NCBI GenBank assembly: GCA_000004985.1
Contig: GG738934.1
Source: Naegleria gruberi
Lineage: Eukaryota
Reading direction: 5' to 3' (one strand)
Length of the DNA stretch: 64,000 nucleotides
Shown here in pieces: positions 10,192 to 21,441 of the stretch (its first letter is position 1; each line of letters opens with the position of its first letter). Under the pieces are notes generated by a model. The model worked only from the letters and a program-made list of their open reading frames with translations. It was not told the origin of the DNA and did no database searches. A program made the position numbers and the translations under genes.

Positions 10192-10469
10192 CACCAATAA
10201 ATTGCATTATTTTTTTTAAATTTATTCCTACCTAATTTTATTGTAAACCTTTTCAAAAAATCGAATGTCGGCACTGGAATTGAACGTGCGAGTGCGCTTT
10301 TAAGGATTATCGTTCTAAGCGGGTTATTGAAAATCGTAATTTGCGCTTAAAATAATTGGCGCGGAATTTTTTTATTTTAAAAATCAAAAAAACAAAACAC
10401 TCCCGTTCATCATCACGAATTTTCTTTAATTGTGTTTTAATTAATTGTTATTTCTAATAGACTATCAAG

Positions 10470-11711
10470 ATGGATGGAGTATTTAATACAGCACGTATGA
10501 TGTGGAATTTATTTAGTGGAAAACAAGCTGAAAATTCCGAAGAAACGACAAAGAAGGAAGAACAAGAACAAGACTCTATTAAAATTTCAATTAAACAAGA
10601 TGAAATGTATTCGATCCGAGCCTGGATTTCAATGGCTTGTTTCATGAGAGAGGCACACAAGTATGGAGAGGCTGAAAAAACATTTGATAAAGCCATGGAA
10701 ATGATGATCAAAGGAAGTGGTTTTAATTATAAGGATTGTATAACGATGAGTAGCTTGAATTTGGAAATGGGAAGGAATTATGTTCATCTTGGAAAGGTAG
10801 AACACGCCACTCAGTGCTTTAATAAGGTTTGTGAGTTGGAAGTCTCATTGATGGATAAAGGTGAAGCAATGGCAGAGTTGGCTTGGTTGGAATTGGATGA
10901 AGGAAGTGATGCAAGTCTTGGAAGGGCTAAAGCAATTATTGAAAAATTACAACAAATGACACAATGTAGAAGAATTGAACAATTGTGGAATCACTTGCTC
11001 GGAAATTACTACCTCTTGAAGCAGGACAATAATTCAGCTTTGAAGCATTATGAAAAAGCTGTCGAGTTGGATACTGCTTGTGTGGATAGTTTGGCAGTTT
11101 TGGGAGATATCTATTTCCATCAAATGCAAGACAAAACAAAGGCACACCTTATGTGGTCTCGCGCCTTTGACATTGATCCATATAATAATAATCTTTCTCA
11201 CTACAAGCTTGCCAAGCATATTATTAAGCATGAACATAATTTGGAAAAGACAAGAAAGGTTTTAGATATTGGATTAAAGTTGGATCCAGAAGATGTCAAC
11301 TCGCACTACTTGATGGCTGTTTGTTTGGAAGAATTGGAAGCTGAAAAGACTCCAGGTGTACAAAAGGAACTGGTAATTTTCCACTATGCTGAGGCTGTTA
11401 GATTGGGTTGTGAAAAGAAGGAATTATATAGACGATTCAGTGAATATTTGGTCGAGTTGAAGAATTATAATTGGGCACTTGGTGTTCTCAATAGTGGCTT
11501 GAAGAATGCAAAGGAACACACTGTTTACATTCTCTATCTGAGACAACAATTTTATGAAATTACAATGCAAAATTATAGAGCTGCTCTTGAAGATTGTGAA
11601 CACATTCTCAGATTGATCAGTCAAGCCAATATTACACAACAAGCTTATGATGGTATTGTATCGAAGGATATTATTAAGGACAAGATTGTAGAACTCAAGG
11701 AAAAGGTCTAA
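10470..11711 (+). CDS. TPR-like helical repeat protein (413 aa)
   Basis: ATG at 10470. Repeated helical-hairpin segments (ALKHYEKAVELD..., AHLMWSRAFDIDPYN...) consistent with TPR repeats. The stop lies 3 nt from the convergent MCD gene's stop. Confidence 0.6.
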   Translation: MDGVFNTARMMWNLFSGKQAENSEETTKKEEQEQDSIKISIKQDEMYSIRAWISMACFMREAHKYGEAEKTFDKAMEMMIKGSGFNYKDCITMSSLNLEMGRNYVHLGKVEHATQCFNKVCELEVSLMDKGEAMAELAWLELDEGSDASLGRAKAIIEKLQQMTQCRRIEQLWNHLLGNYYLLKQDNNSALKHYEKAVELDTACVDSLAVLGDIYFHQMQDKTKAHLMWSRAFDIDPYNNNLSHYKLAKHIIKHEHNLEKTRKVLDIGLKLDPEDVNSHYLMAVCLEELEAEKTPGVQKELVIFHYAEAVRLGCEKKELYRRFSEYLVELKNYNWALGVLNSGLKNAKEHTVYILYLRQQFYEITMQNYRAALEDCEHILRLISQANITQQAYDGIVSKDIIKDKIVELKEKV

Positions 11712-11714
11712 AAT

Positions 11715-13604
11715 TTATTCCAAAAGAGATCGATCGAACATTTCTCCCAATGTGATAGATTTAGCTCCAGTAATGACATAGTCATGATGGTTTTGGTCTA
11801 CCAACTCTAAAACGTACTTGTAATTGACCATCATTCCATAACTTTCTTTGAGTCTTCTCACGGAGAGGTCACCCTTCCAATTAATACGTTCGAGACAGGC
11901 ACCATTTCTCAAGTGGAAATTTCCAACTGGATCGAGAGCCTTACCCTTGTGTTTTTCTTTATAAAGATATCTTGCACAAAGTCTTTCCATTAGTGGTTTG
12001 AGTTTTTCACTTGGATGGAGTGAATCAGTTGTAGAATTGATTCCTCCTCCAACAATTCCATCAACAAGAGAAAGCAGCAATTCTTTAGCTTGTAAATCAG
12101 AGGTGCATTCCTTTGGAGAAGTGAGACCAAACAATTGAGGTTCTTCCATAGCTAATTTCTTCAGTAATTCCACATCTGCAGACCGAAGCAAGCTCTCATC
12201 GTGGAACTTGTTCAAATCAGAAGAGCATTCAATTCTCAATTTTTGAGATAACCATTTCATAAATGATGGAATTGGAGAAAGAGTAGAGAATTGTACAATA
12301 TCACCACCGTAATTATCACTGACCAATTGTTTTTGTTGGAGAATGCCAACTACCTTCTTGATAAGATAATTTCCCAATTCAATGCCTGTTAAACCAGCTT
12401 GAGTTGAGGAGATTGAGTAAAAGATGGCAGTATTTACATTTGGTGTTGCCTTGGCCTTTTCAATGTCGTGTACTTGTCTCATATTTGAGGCAATACTGTC
12501 CATTAAGGCAACTTGCAAAACAACTAATGGAACTCTTGGCATGGCAGCATGGAAAAGACCATACATTTTTCTGTTTGGTGTTGGAGCTAATCTATTCTTG
12601 AGAGCTTCCATGTTTGCAATTGGATGGACACGTTCGTAGTGAATGATCTTTTCAACTAGTTGAGCATTAGTTTCCCTCCAATCTAATTCTTTACATTCGA
12701 GGAATGATGGAGAGAACCAACTCGACAATAATCTTACCAAATTGGTATTGAGATCAGAGAGGAGTATTGGTAGAATGAATTTTTTGTAATCACTGGTTGC
12801 TGGAGTGGATTGTTGCTTTTGTAGTGTTGCAATAATATCCAGCAAGTCCTTTCTCATTTGCATGACAAATTCCAATCCATTCATACTTTGGCTTCCAATA
12901 GATATTTCCTTCTTCATCAATATTAAAATGAATTGTTCCAAGAATTTTTCATAGTATGGTTCCAAACTAGTTCTCAATTGTTGAATAGTATTCAAATATC
13001 CCAAAATATTTCGCTCCACATTTTCACTAGATTGCACATTTTGCAGAGCACCTTTCATCTTGTCCAAAGTTTGTAAAAGAGTATTGCTATTATCAGTAAC
13101 AACATTATTACTCATCATTTGTAATAAAGGAGCAATTGGAACACCACCAAAGTGCATAATCATCACTTCAAAGAATCTAATCTTTCCATTCTTGTCCAAA
13201 TTCTTCATGTACATTTGAGCAAGTTTTTGTGAAATATCCTCAGGAATCTCCACCTTGTTAATATTATTAATATTAATTCCGTGAACCACTCCCTTGATTG
13301 ATTCCTCCAGAGAAACATCTCCCTTTTGAATATATGAATAAATAGATTCCCAATATTGTTTAAAATTCGTAGAGAATGATGTGGCCTCTTGTTTTTCTAA
13401 ATTACATTTAGTTTCATTGAATTGCAGAGCAAAATCATGATGAAAATTTCGTTGCAGTGATGTGCAGTGAATATTTGTTGTTTTTGTGGTGAAGGAATTT
13501 TGATGAGAAACCACCCGATGATGAGCAGCAACAAGAGAATTTGATGTTGTTGTTTGCTTGAGGTGATTGATCAGCACGGAAAGTCTCCTATGTGATGCTT
13601 TCAT
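11715..13604 (-). CDS. malonyl-CoA decarboxylase (MCD family)
   Basis: ATG at 13604..13602 (MKASHRRLSVLINHL, a mitochondrial-type presequence). 629 aa with motifs typical of the MLYCD catalytic domain (FYSISSTQAGLTGIELGNYLIKKVV, HYERVHPIANMEALKNRL). Confidence 0.8.
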   Translation of the reverse strand: MKASHRRLSVLINHLKQTTTSNSLVAAHHRVVSHQNSFTTKTTNIHCTSLQRNFHHDFALQFNETKCNLEKQEATSFSTNFKQYWESIYSYIQKGDVSLEESIKGVVHGININNINKVEIPEDISQKLAQMYMKNLDKNGKIRFFEVMIMHFGGVPIAPLLQMMSNNVVTDNSNTLLQTLDKMKGALQNVQSSENVERNILGYLNTIQQLRTSLEPYYEKFLEQFILILMKKEISIGSQSMNGLEFVMQMRKDLLDIIATLQKQQSTPATSDYKKFILPILLSDLNTNLVRLLSSWFSPSFLECKELDWRETNAQLVEKIIHYERVHPIANMEALKNRLAPTPNRKMYGLFHAAMPRVPLVVLQVALMDSIASNMRQVHDIEKAKATPNVNTAIFYSISSTQAGLTGIELGNYLIKKVVGILQQKQLVSDNYGGDIVQFSTLSPIPSFMKWLSQKLRIECSSDLNKFHDESLLRSADVELLKKLAMEEPQLFGLTSPKECTSDLQAKELLLSLVDGIVGGGINSTTDSLHPSEKLKPLMERLCARYLYKEKHKGKALDPVGNFHLRNGACLERINWKGDLSVRRLKESYGMMVNYKYVLELVDQNHHDYVITGAKSITLGEMFDRSLLE

Positions 13605-13719
13605 TTTTTTCTGTTTTGTTTTTGTGAATTTTGTGGAGAACTATTTTGGAAAGTTTTATAATTCCAAGTTTGGAAGGTTTAAAATTTTCAATAATATTTA
13701 AAATACAATATTTGGGTTA

Positions 13720-14908
13720 TTATTTTACATTCTTTTTGGATTCCTTTTCAAAATAAATTTCATCTGAGAGAGCATGATTAAATTCTCGATGTTTACATTC
13801 ATCCATTCGAATAGCGAGAATTACATCTCTCAGAGTTGCGTTTTTAGGAAGATTCCAATAATTAATTGCCATTTCCGGCTGTATGTTCCAAATTATTCTA
13901 CAATTCAAATATTGTAAAAACTTACTGCTGGTGGATTTGCAATTTTCTTTTCATCGATTTGTTTCAAAACTAATCCATAACTTTCCACTGCAGTTTCTGC
14001 CAAATATCCAACAAATCGGTGTGAGAATGTTTTTCCTGCTAAACTATAAATATAGAAATAATATTGTGAAAAACTCAATTGTGCAACAACCATGAGTATT
14101 CTTTCCAGAATGTTCTGATGAGTCATTTCCAAGAGAACTAACATGTGCATTCTATGATTTTCTGCTTCCTCCAATAATGCTCCAACTCTTAAATGTTCCT
14201 TTTTACATCTATCAATTGGCTTACTTCTTAGAGATGCAAAATGTCTCCACATTCCACCAACCTGTCATTAAATAATTCTCAAATTAATTTGGTTTGAAAA
14301 GAATTAATTCTTACCATTCCAGGAGTTGCTGACATGGTTTCCAAAAAGACAGAATACCTCAGCATGTTTCTTCCAAATAAAAACTTTAAAATTCTTGCAA
14401 CACATCTTCTGGCCCACCATTGAGCCCATCGATCCGTTCTATTTCTTGGTTCCATTCGTTTCTCATTCAAGAATCCGAACATTTCACTTTCTCCATGATC
14501 CATCCACTCATAAACTTGATTCATATCAGTTTCCTTCTTTCTAATTATTGTGTTTTTTACTTCCAATCCTTCCTCATCCGGATCAACACTATCCAAAAGC
14601 TCCTGTTGATGATCCCTAAAAAGTGAATCTGGAGCATCAATACTCAATGGATTATGACTAGTCGAATACCATTCAAAGAGTTTCCTTCTCTTGATTTGAT
14701 TTTCCTTTTTTTTTCTGTTATTATTACCTTCTTCCGATGATTGTTCTTGAAGATTTGTATTAAAATTTATAGAAAAACATTTTTGGAAATTTTGCTGATG
14801 ATTATCATCAATTCGTATCGGAATCCTTCTGTATAATTTATTTTCTCTTGCTGATGAATTTTGCAGGAAATGATGAAAAAAGTTTCTGCCAAGATGAAAT
14901 CTTTTCAT
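13720..14908 (-). CDS. aoxA: alternative oxidase (mitochondrial, di-iron carboxylate), 3 exons
   Basis: Exons ~14315..14908, 13926..14261 and 13720..13878, separated by GTAAGA..AG and GTAAGT..AG introns. The spliced product reads [10 protein letters not shown]|[13 protein letters not shown]...[17 protein letters not shown]...[15 protein letters not shown]...PPA|[35 protein letters not shown]. It contains the AOX iron-binding LEEAENER/H and RxDExxHR motifs. Total 1089 nt (362 aa). Confidence 0.85.
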
Positions 14909-15613
14909 TTTTTTTAATTTTTGAAAATATTTAATTGTGCTGAAATATTTAGCTTAATGATAAATTGAATGAGTGGAAAATGTTGTTTTATTTGCATGAA
15001 ACTGTACATCTTCTCAGACTTGGTCACCAAGTTAGTTTCTTGAAATAGAGAACCTCATCGTTTGCACACTTAATTTCTATCTTATTTGGATAAAAATTGA
15101 ACAAAACAAACCCAAGAAGAAAGAAGATAACCTGGAAAGTCTTCAATACAGCTCTATGCTCAATTGTTCAATGAATCCATGTTACCAATAAGGCAGCGAT
15201 TTCACATTCACAAAATTAATTGACCATCCAAGGTAACGGTTCACGTAGAAAGAGAGATGAAACCCTTTCATCCATTCTCTGTCTGAGTTCATTGATTCCC
15301 AACAAAACCTGAAAATATTCATGATTGATTCATCACAATTTCGAATGCAGTTCACCGTTTTGTGTGCCATGCAAAAGCCAAGCTCGAAATTCCAAACCAT
15401 ACCGCTAATTTGCTCTAGGTTTATTGTAATGTTGTTTTGTTTGTTTGGTATGAAAAACAAGCATCCTCATAATGGCGCCACAATAGTTTCAGTCAGTGCA
15501 TTATATTCAAGTTTGATAGTCTTTGAATGAAATATTCGATGCTTAATTTGCCCGAATAATATTTCAAGTAATTTTGAAATTGGCAACACTATTCTCTAGA
15601 CCAAAAAAAAAAG

Positions 15614-16123
15614 ATGTACATTAACAAATTCTCGATTGTTGACTTTACTCCTGCTCATGATATTCAAACGGATGCACCAAAGAAGAGAGGTAGACCACCT
15701 AAGAATTCACCACATGCAAATAAATCAATGTTTATTAGGTCAACTGAGACAATGCCAATGAGGTATGAGTTGACGAATAGAATGACAGACCAATTCAAGA
15801 AGGATAAACGAAGAAGAAAGGAAAAGAAAGCATGTAATAGTCCAAACACATCTAATTGCTCAACATATAGTAGTGCATCATCTTTGACTGTCATGCAAGA
15901 ATTGAATAATTGTTTAGTTTCAGACACATTAGTTTCGTCTCTTCCAACAACGCATGCATCTACTTCTCAATCCAATATTATCACAACAACATCTACTACT
16001 AACGACAATACAACAACACATCTAGAATCCAATCTTATCACCTCCAACAATAACAACACATCCAATTATAAACCTCCAAGAAAGACAAGATATTCGATAT
16101 CCATCAAGGAATTATTAAATTGA
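15614..16123 (+). CDS. AT-hook (KRGRPPK) small nuclear protein with a Ser/Thr/Asn-rich tail
   Basis: ATG at 15614 after an A9 leader. Contains the AT-hook core PKKRGRPPKNSP and the basic patch KDKRRRKEKK. Confidence 0.5.
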   Translation: MYINKFSIVDFTPAHDIQTDAPKKRGRPPKNSPHANKSMFIRSTETMPMRYELTNRMTDQFKKDKRRRKEKKACNSPNTSNCSTYSSASSLTVMQELNNCLVSDTLVSSLPTTHASTSQSNIITTTSTTNDNTTTHLESNLITSNNNNTSNYKPPRKTRYSISIKELLN

Positions 16124-17174
16124 AACTATTCCAATATAAATACTAATTAGATGTAATATTTCATACAAGATGCGTTTTGGAAAGGTAGATGCTTTTTGAC
16201 GTGATTACCTTTCAATGGCTATCACGCATGTATTTCGAATCGTTTCGAATCTTTCATTAACACTCACAATACAAAATACATGCATGTGTTATTATCTTGT
16301 TGGTCCTATGTTAGAAAGTCCATGAGAATCGAATAGATGAAGAGGTTTAGTTTGTAGAATGGGGAAGGATGTGTGTGAAATAATTTTTTTAATAAATCAA
16401 AATCTACTTGTGTGGATTCTTTAGTACTAGCACAAATAGAAACGGAGACCAATCTTCAATTAGTTCTCACCTTGCCGCCTTTCTAATTTTGTCCTTTAGC
16501 CAATTCAAGAATGTTAAAGTTTTTCGTTGAGGGGATTCTTATCAAGCGTTCTCTCCTTAGTAATACTGTACAATTCCAGCTACTAGGATACGCTCTCAAT
16601 ATCAAGGTTAGATAATTTTTGTTGGAAAGCAGGTTCAGTAATAATTCTTTAAAAAAATCAATTATTAGAAAGTAAACTAAATTACTTACGAAATCATAAA
16701 GAAGGATATAAATGATCACCCTTCAAGGAATTCATTCCAACAACACATTTCAATGAATATAACATGTAATATATAGGTAGGTCAGAAGCAGATTTCACTA
16801 AAAATAGAAGGAAAAATAAAAATTCCAAATAATTATTGAAGTAATTCAATTCATGCAACCCTTTTTTAAATAATATTCAATGTAAACATTGGCAATGGCT
16901 AGGAAAAATGTGGAAATTAAAAGAACGAGAGCCCAAATCCATTCTGTTGAGCTAGTTCAATAAAGGCAAAACATTTAAAATTACTCCAATTATTTAAAGT
17001 TCCTCCAAATTGAAGAATATTATTTCTCACAAATATAAGAATATCATGGAAACGAGCACATAATAATAATGGTTTGATTCATTGCCACGTTTACACAACC
17101 TGAAACAGTTAATGAGGCAATGACCAAAATCAATTTTGCTAAAAAAATATAATTTAGGAATAACAATTCCAAAA

Positions 17175-17719
17175 TTATTTAATTCTCACAAAGATTACAA
17201 CCAATGCCAAAATACTAACACAAATTCCAAAAGCAACTATGAATGGTTGTGAAAATCGATCTTTAACAAAAATTCCTTCCATGATTTTTCTCTGCACGAA
17301 CCAATACCTTGCAAATCCATAACAAATAATGCCAATTCCAAAAGCAATGAAAATAATTCCAATAATTGTGAAGAGAATTCGTAAGGTTTCAGATGTATCC
17401 TTTGTTAATACTATAATTCCATCATCATTCATCAAATTTAGTAATAAATTTAATATTAAATGTTTAATATTAAATTATTTAAATAATGATTGGAAAATCA
17501 CTTAAACATACACGTAGAAACAGCAATTCCCATCGAAATTACCGATATAGCAGTATTAAACCACGATAATTGTGTCCTCTCTATTGCCAAATAATCCAAA
17601 CATTCGTTATGCTTATTTTCCGTTCGTCTCCACCTCGGAACGTAATCATAAATTTGTGATGCTAAAGTAGATGAATTTTCATTATCTTCATAATCTACAT
17701 TGTATTGTGGTGTGGCCAT
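17175..17719 (-). CDS. small DUF202 (YidH)-like membrane protein, 2 exons
   Basis: Exon 1 ~17512..17719 (MATPQYNVDYEDNENS...YLAIERTQLSWFNTAISVISMGIAVST). Intron gtatgt...attatag of ~100 nt. Exon 2 ~17175..17410 adds two more TM helices. The ERTxLSWxRTxISxxxxGIA signature matches DUF202. Confidence 0.55.
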
Positions 17720-17976
17720 TGTTGATTATTTAATGCTGGTAAGGATGCGATGAGTTGTTTTGTTGTATTTTTTTTTGTTATTTGATGGAAAATTGATTTG
17801 GATATGAAAACTAATAGGGAAATTCAGATTCTTTAATTGGAATCGGTGAAAATAAAGGCGTAAATATTTTGAAATAATTTTTAATTGTTCCCACAGTTTT
17901 CAATTTCATTAAATTATTGTATGGCATAATGTACATTTAAGGAGGTGTTATTTTACAAGTGACTAGTTTAGAATAT

Positions 17977-19733
17977 TTAGTTTACATTATCAAATTCAGA
18001 GTTTTCTTCTCCATCTGAATCAAAAACATCTCTCTTATTTACATCATTCCAATAAGATTCAGTAATATTACGTCTGGTTGAGTATTGTGAAAAATAGGTG
18101 TGAACATATGGAGATTCAGGTTCTCTCTTTTCAATGTCGACATAATCTCTCAGTCCATGGCCAGTGTACTTTTGTCTAGGACGGAAAATCTTCAAATTTG
18201 GATCCATGACCATTTCTCTCCAGTGAGCTAACCAACCAGCAACACGAGGAATTGTAAAACTTTCATATATCAATAAATATTTAACATTATCAATCTGAAT
18301 ACTTACAGTACAGGGAACATATCAGTTGGGAAACCTAGAGAACTATAAATAAGTCCAGAATAAAAGTCAATATTAGGGAATAATCTTCTAGAAACAAAGT
18401 AATCATCCTTGAGAGCTTGGGATTCCAATTCTTCAGCAATTGACCACAATTTGCTCTTTCCACAAATGTCAAAAACTTCTTTGGCAACTCCTTTCAAAAT
18501 CTTTGCTCTTGGATCGTAATTCTTGTAAACTCTATGTCCGAATCCCATCAATTTACGTTTCTTTGCCTTGACATCTTGTAAGAATTGAGGAACATTTTCT
18601 GGTTTGGCAATTTCGTCCAACATGTGAAGAACTGCTTCATTGGCACCACCGTGCAATGGTCCATACAATGCACTTGCAGATGAAGAAACAGCAGTATATG
18701 GATCTACAAGTGAACTACCAACGTGACGCATAGCAGCAGTTGAGCAGTTCAATTCGTGATCAGCATGGAGAATGAACATGACATCGAGAGCTTTTGCCAA
18801 TCTTGGATGAGGACGATAATTTGGTTCAGAAAGTCTATCCAACATGTACAAGAAATTTTCAGTATAGGACAAGTGATTCACTGGAGTATTGTAAGGACGA
18901 CCAATTCTGTGGCGATAGGCACAAGCAGCAATAGTTGGAACTTTACCCAACAATCTGAAAATTTGCTTATTTCTCTTATTTTCATCTTTGTAAACATCAG
19001 TTCCAACAAGAGCTGGATTGGCTTCGGAATAGAAAGTACCAAGAGCTGATGTTGCTGAAATAAGAATACCCATAGGGTGAGCATCATAACGGAAAGTCTA
19101 TTTTTCAAATTCCATCAAAATTTTACAAATTTGTTACAATTAGCTCTAAAATCAAAAAAAACAAACCTTCAACATGGAAACCAAATTTTCGTGAATAAAA
19201 GTATGGGTAGTAATCTTTTGACACCAATCGTTATATTGAGATTGAGTTGGCAATTCACCATAAATCAACAAGTATGCAACCTCAAGAAATGATGATTTTT
19301 CAGCCAATTCTTCAATCTTATATCCTCTATAACGTAATTCTCCTGCTTCACCATCAATATAACAAATCTTTGAATCAGCAACTGCTGTATTCATAAAAGA
19401 AGGATCAAAACACCTATCGGAGTATCAACCATAAATACAAATCAAATTCCCAACCATCAAAAGATCATCAATTCAAATATATCAATCATCTATTAATTAT
19501 GATCATATGAAAACTTACATAATACCATTCTTATCCTCTCCATCAGTCACCATTTGTTTAAACGAAGTAGAATTTACAAAATAACCATCCTCTACAGGAA
19601 CTTCATAGGTCTTTCCAGTACGATTATCAGTTACAGTTAATGTATTTCTATTGGTTGTTGTTTTCTTCAGATCATCTGAATTTTCTTGATCCGTGCTACT
19701 AGAAGAGTTTGAGAGTGGCGCTTGTTGAGACAT
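17977..19733 (-). CDS. citrate synthase, 4 exons, with an N-terminal extension
   Basis: Exons ~19519..19733, 19167..19413, 18307..19097 and 17977..18259; introns GTAAGT..AG, GTTTGT..AG and GTAAGT..AG with consistent phases. The spliced protein contains [81 protein letters not shown] and [16 protein letters not shown], covering the citrate synthase signatures. Confidence 0.9.
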
Positions 19734-20117
19734 TTTTTTGTTGTTTTGTGGTTTTTTGTATTAATAGACAGGGAGATGAAGGAAAATTGAATCTTTGCTC
19801 TACAAAGGGAGAGAGTTTACAATTGTTTTTTGTTAATTCTCCGAATATGATGCGAAGATTCTTGGAGATTTTGAGTTGTTTACTGTTCAGTTGCATGGTT
19901 GAATGTGTGAAAATTTAAAACCAAGTTTTGAATCAATACAATGTAAGAAATGAAAAAGGGATTGTAATTGATTAACAATTTTAGTAATTTTAAAATGGTC
20001 AACTGAAGATTGTGAAAATTGTGAATGAAAGTTGTGAATTTTCCTATCTAACTTCCAAATCAATCGAATGATCTTTCAAAAATTATTCACCTCTCTCAAT
20101 TTTTTCAAAACAAAAAA

Positions 20118-21349
20118 ATGTCACAACAATCAAATCTTTCCTTGCCAATAATTGACATCGGACCAATTATTCACACAACTGACAGTGATGGAAATTATCA
20201 AGATGAACAAGCAGCTGCCAATGTTATCAAGCAAATTGGACAAGCTTGTGAGAGGTTTGGATTTTTCTACATTAAAAATCATGGAATTGATGAAGAATTA
20301 GTTGACAAGTTGATGAGTGAAGGAAGATCATTTTTTAACAAGCCACTCGATTATAAGAATCAATATCATATGAAGAATTCAAAGGTTTATAGAGGATATT
20401 TTGAGTTGGGTGGAGGTAATTGTTAACAAACTTTTGTAAATTTTATGTAATTTTATATTTAAAAATATTTAAAATATTTAATGTTAAATTGGATAGAATT
20501 GACTTATGAAAACAAGATGGAAGGAAGGTTATGTGATCCNNNNNNNNNNNNNNNNNNNNNNNNNNNNNNNNNNNNNNNNNNNNNNNNNNAATGGCCAAAT
20601 GAACAAGATTTTCCAGATTTCAAGGTAACAATCTTGAAATATTTGGAAGAGTTGACTAAATTAGGTCATTCTATTATGGCGTAAGTTGGAAGTTGTATTA
20701 TTATGGGATATTTACTTTGAAAATTTATGGTAAATTACTATTTTTCTATTTTTGGTAAAAAGTGCAATTGGAGAAAGTTTGGGATTGGGAAGAGACTTTT
20801 TTAGAAACAAGTTTACTTCTGAACCTTTCATTCCATTCAGATTATTCCATTGTAAGTTTCAATTTTTGTAAAATATTTAACAAATTGTAAAATATTTCAG
20901 ATCCAAGTGATCCAAATGCAAAATTCGAAAATGGAGAAGAAAGATTTGGAGTTGGAAAACATCAAGATTATGGATGCTTGACCCTCCTCAAGCAAGATAA
21001 CGTTGGAGGATTGGAGGTTGAAGATAGATCAACTGGTGAATGGATTTCAGCTCCACCACTTGAAAAAACATTCGTTGTCAATATTGGTGACATGTTAGAA
21101 AGATGGACATGTGGCAGATACAAGGCAGTCCCTCATCGTGTTAAAAATCTCACAAATCAAGATAGATTGAGTGCTCCATTCTTTTTCGATCCAAACTTTG
21201 AATGTGTTGTAACTCCATTGGAAGAATTAGCATTGACTGAAGAGGAAAAAACAAAATGGCCACCTGTCAAGTATGGTGATTATATTCTAGCTAAGGTTTT
21301 TGCCGTCTTTCCAGAATTGAAAAGTGCTGCCTTGAAATATGAAGAATAA
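20118..21349 (+). CDS. 2-oxoglutarate/Fe(II)-dependent oxygenase (IPNS / flavonol-synthase-like), about 5 exons; interrupted by a 50-nt N gap
   Basis: ATG at 20118. Exons ~20118-20419, ~20493-20539 (into the gap), ~20590-20691, ~20744-20843 and ~20901-21349. Motifs RLFHYP, GVGKHQDYGCLTLLKQDNVGGLEV (HxD iron ligands) and the C-terminal RYKAVPHRV. Donors are gtaatt/gtaagt and acceptors end ...ag. Confidence 0.75.
20540..20589. other. assembly gap (N-run, 50 nt) inside the oxygenase gene
   Basis: n characters. Confidence 0.99.
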
Positions 21350-21441
21350 TTTTTACAAAATTGTAATGAATTCAATAATTTTACAATAATTTACAATGAA
21401 TTTTTATGTACATTCTTATAATGATTGCATTATATTTTACA

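Noticed and set aside
15182-15530. Two overlapping small ORFs (15182-15460 -, 15321-15530 +)
   Set aside because: Short, overlapping on opposite strands in a spacer, with no homology signal. Treated as non-coding.
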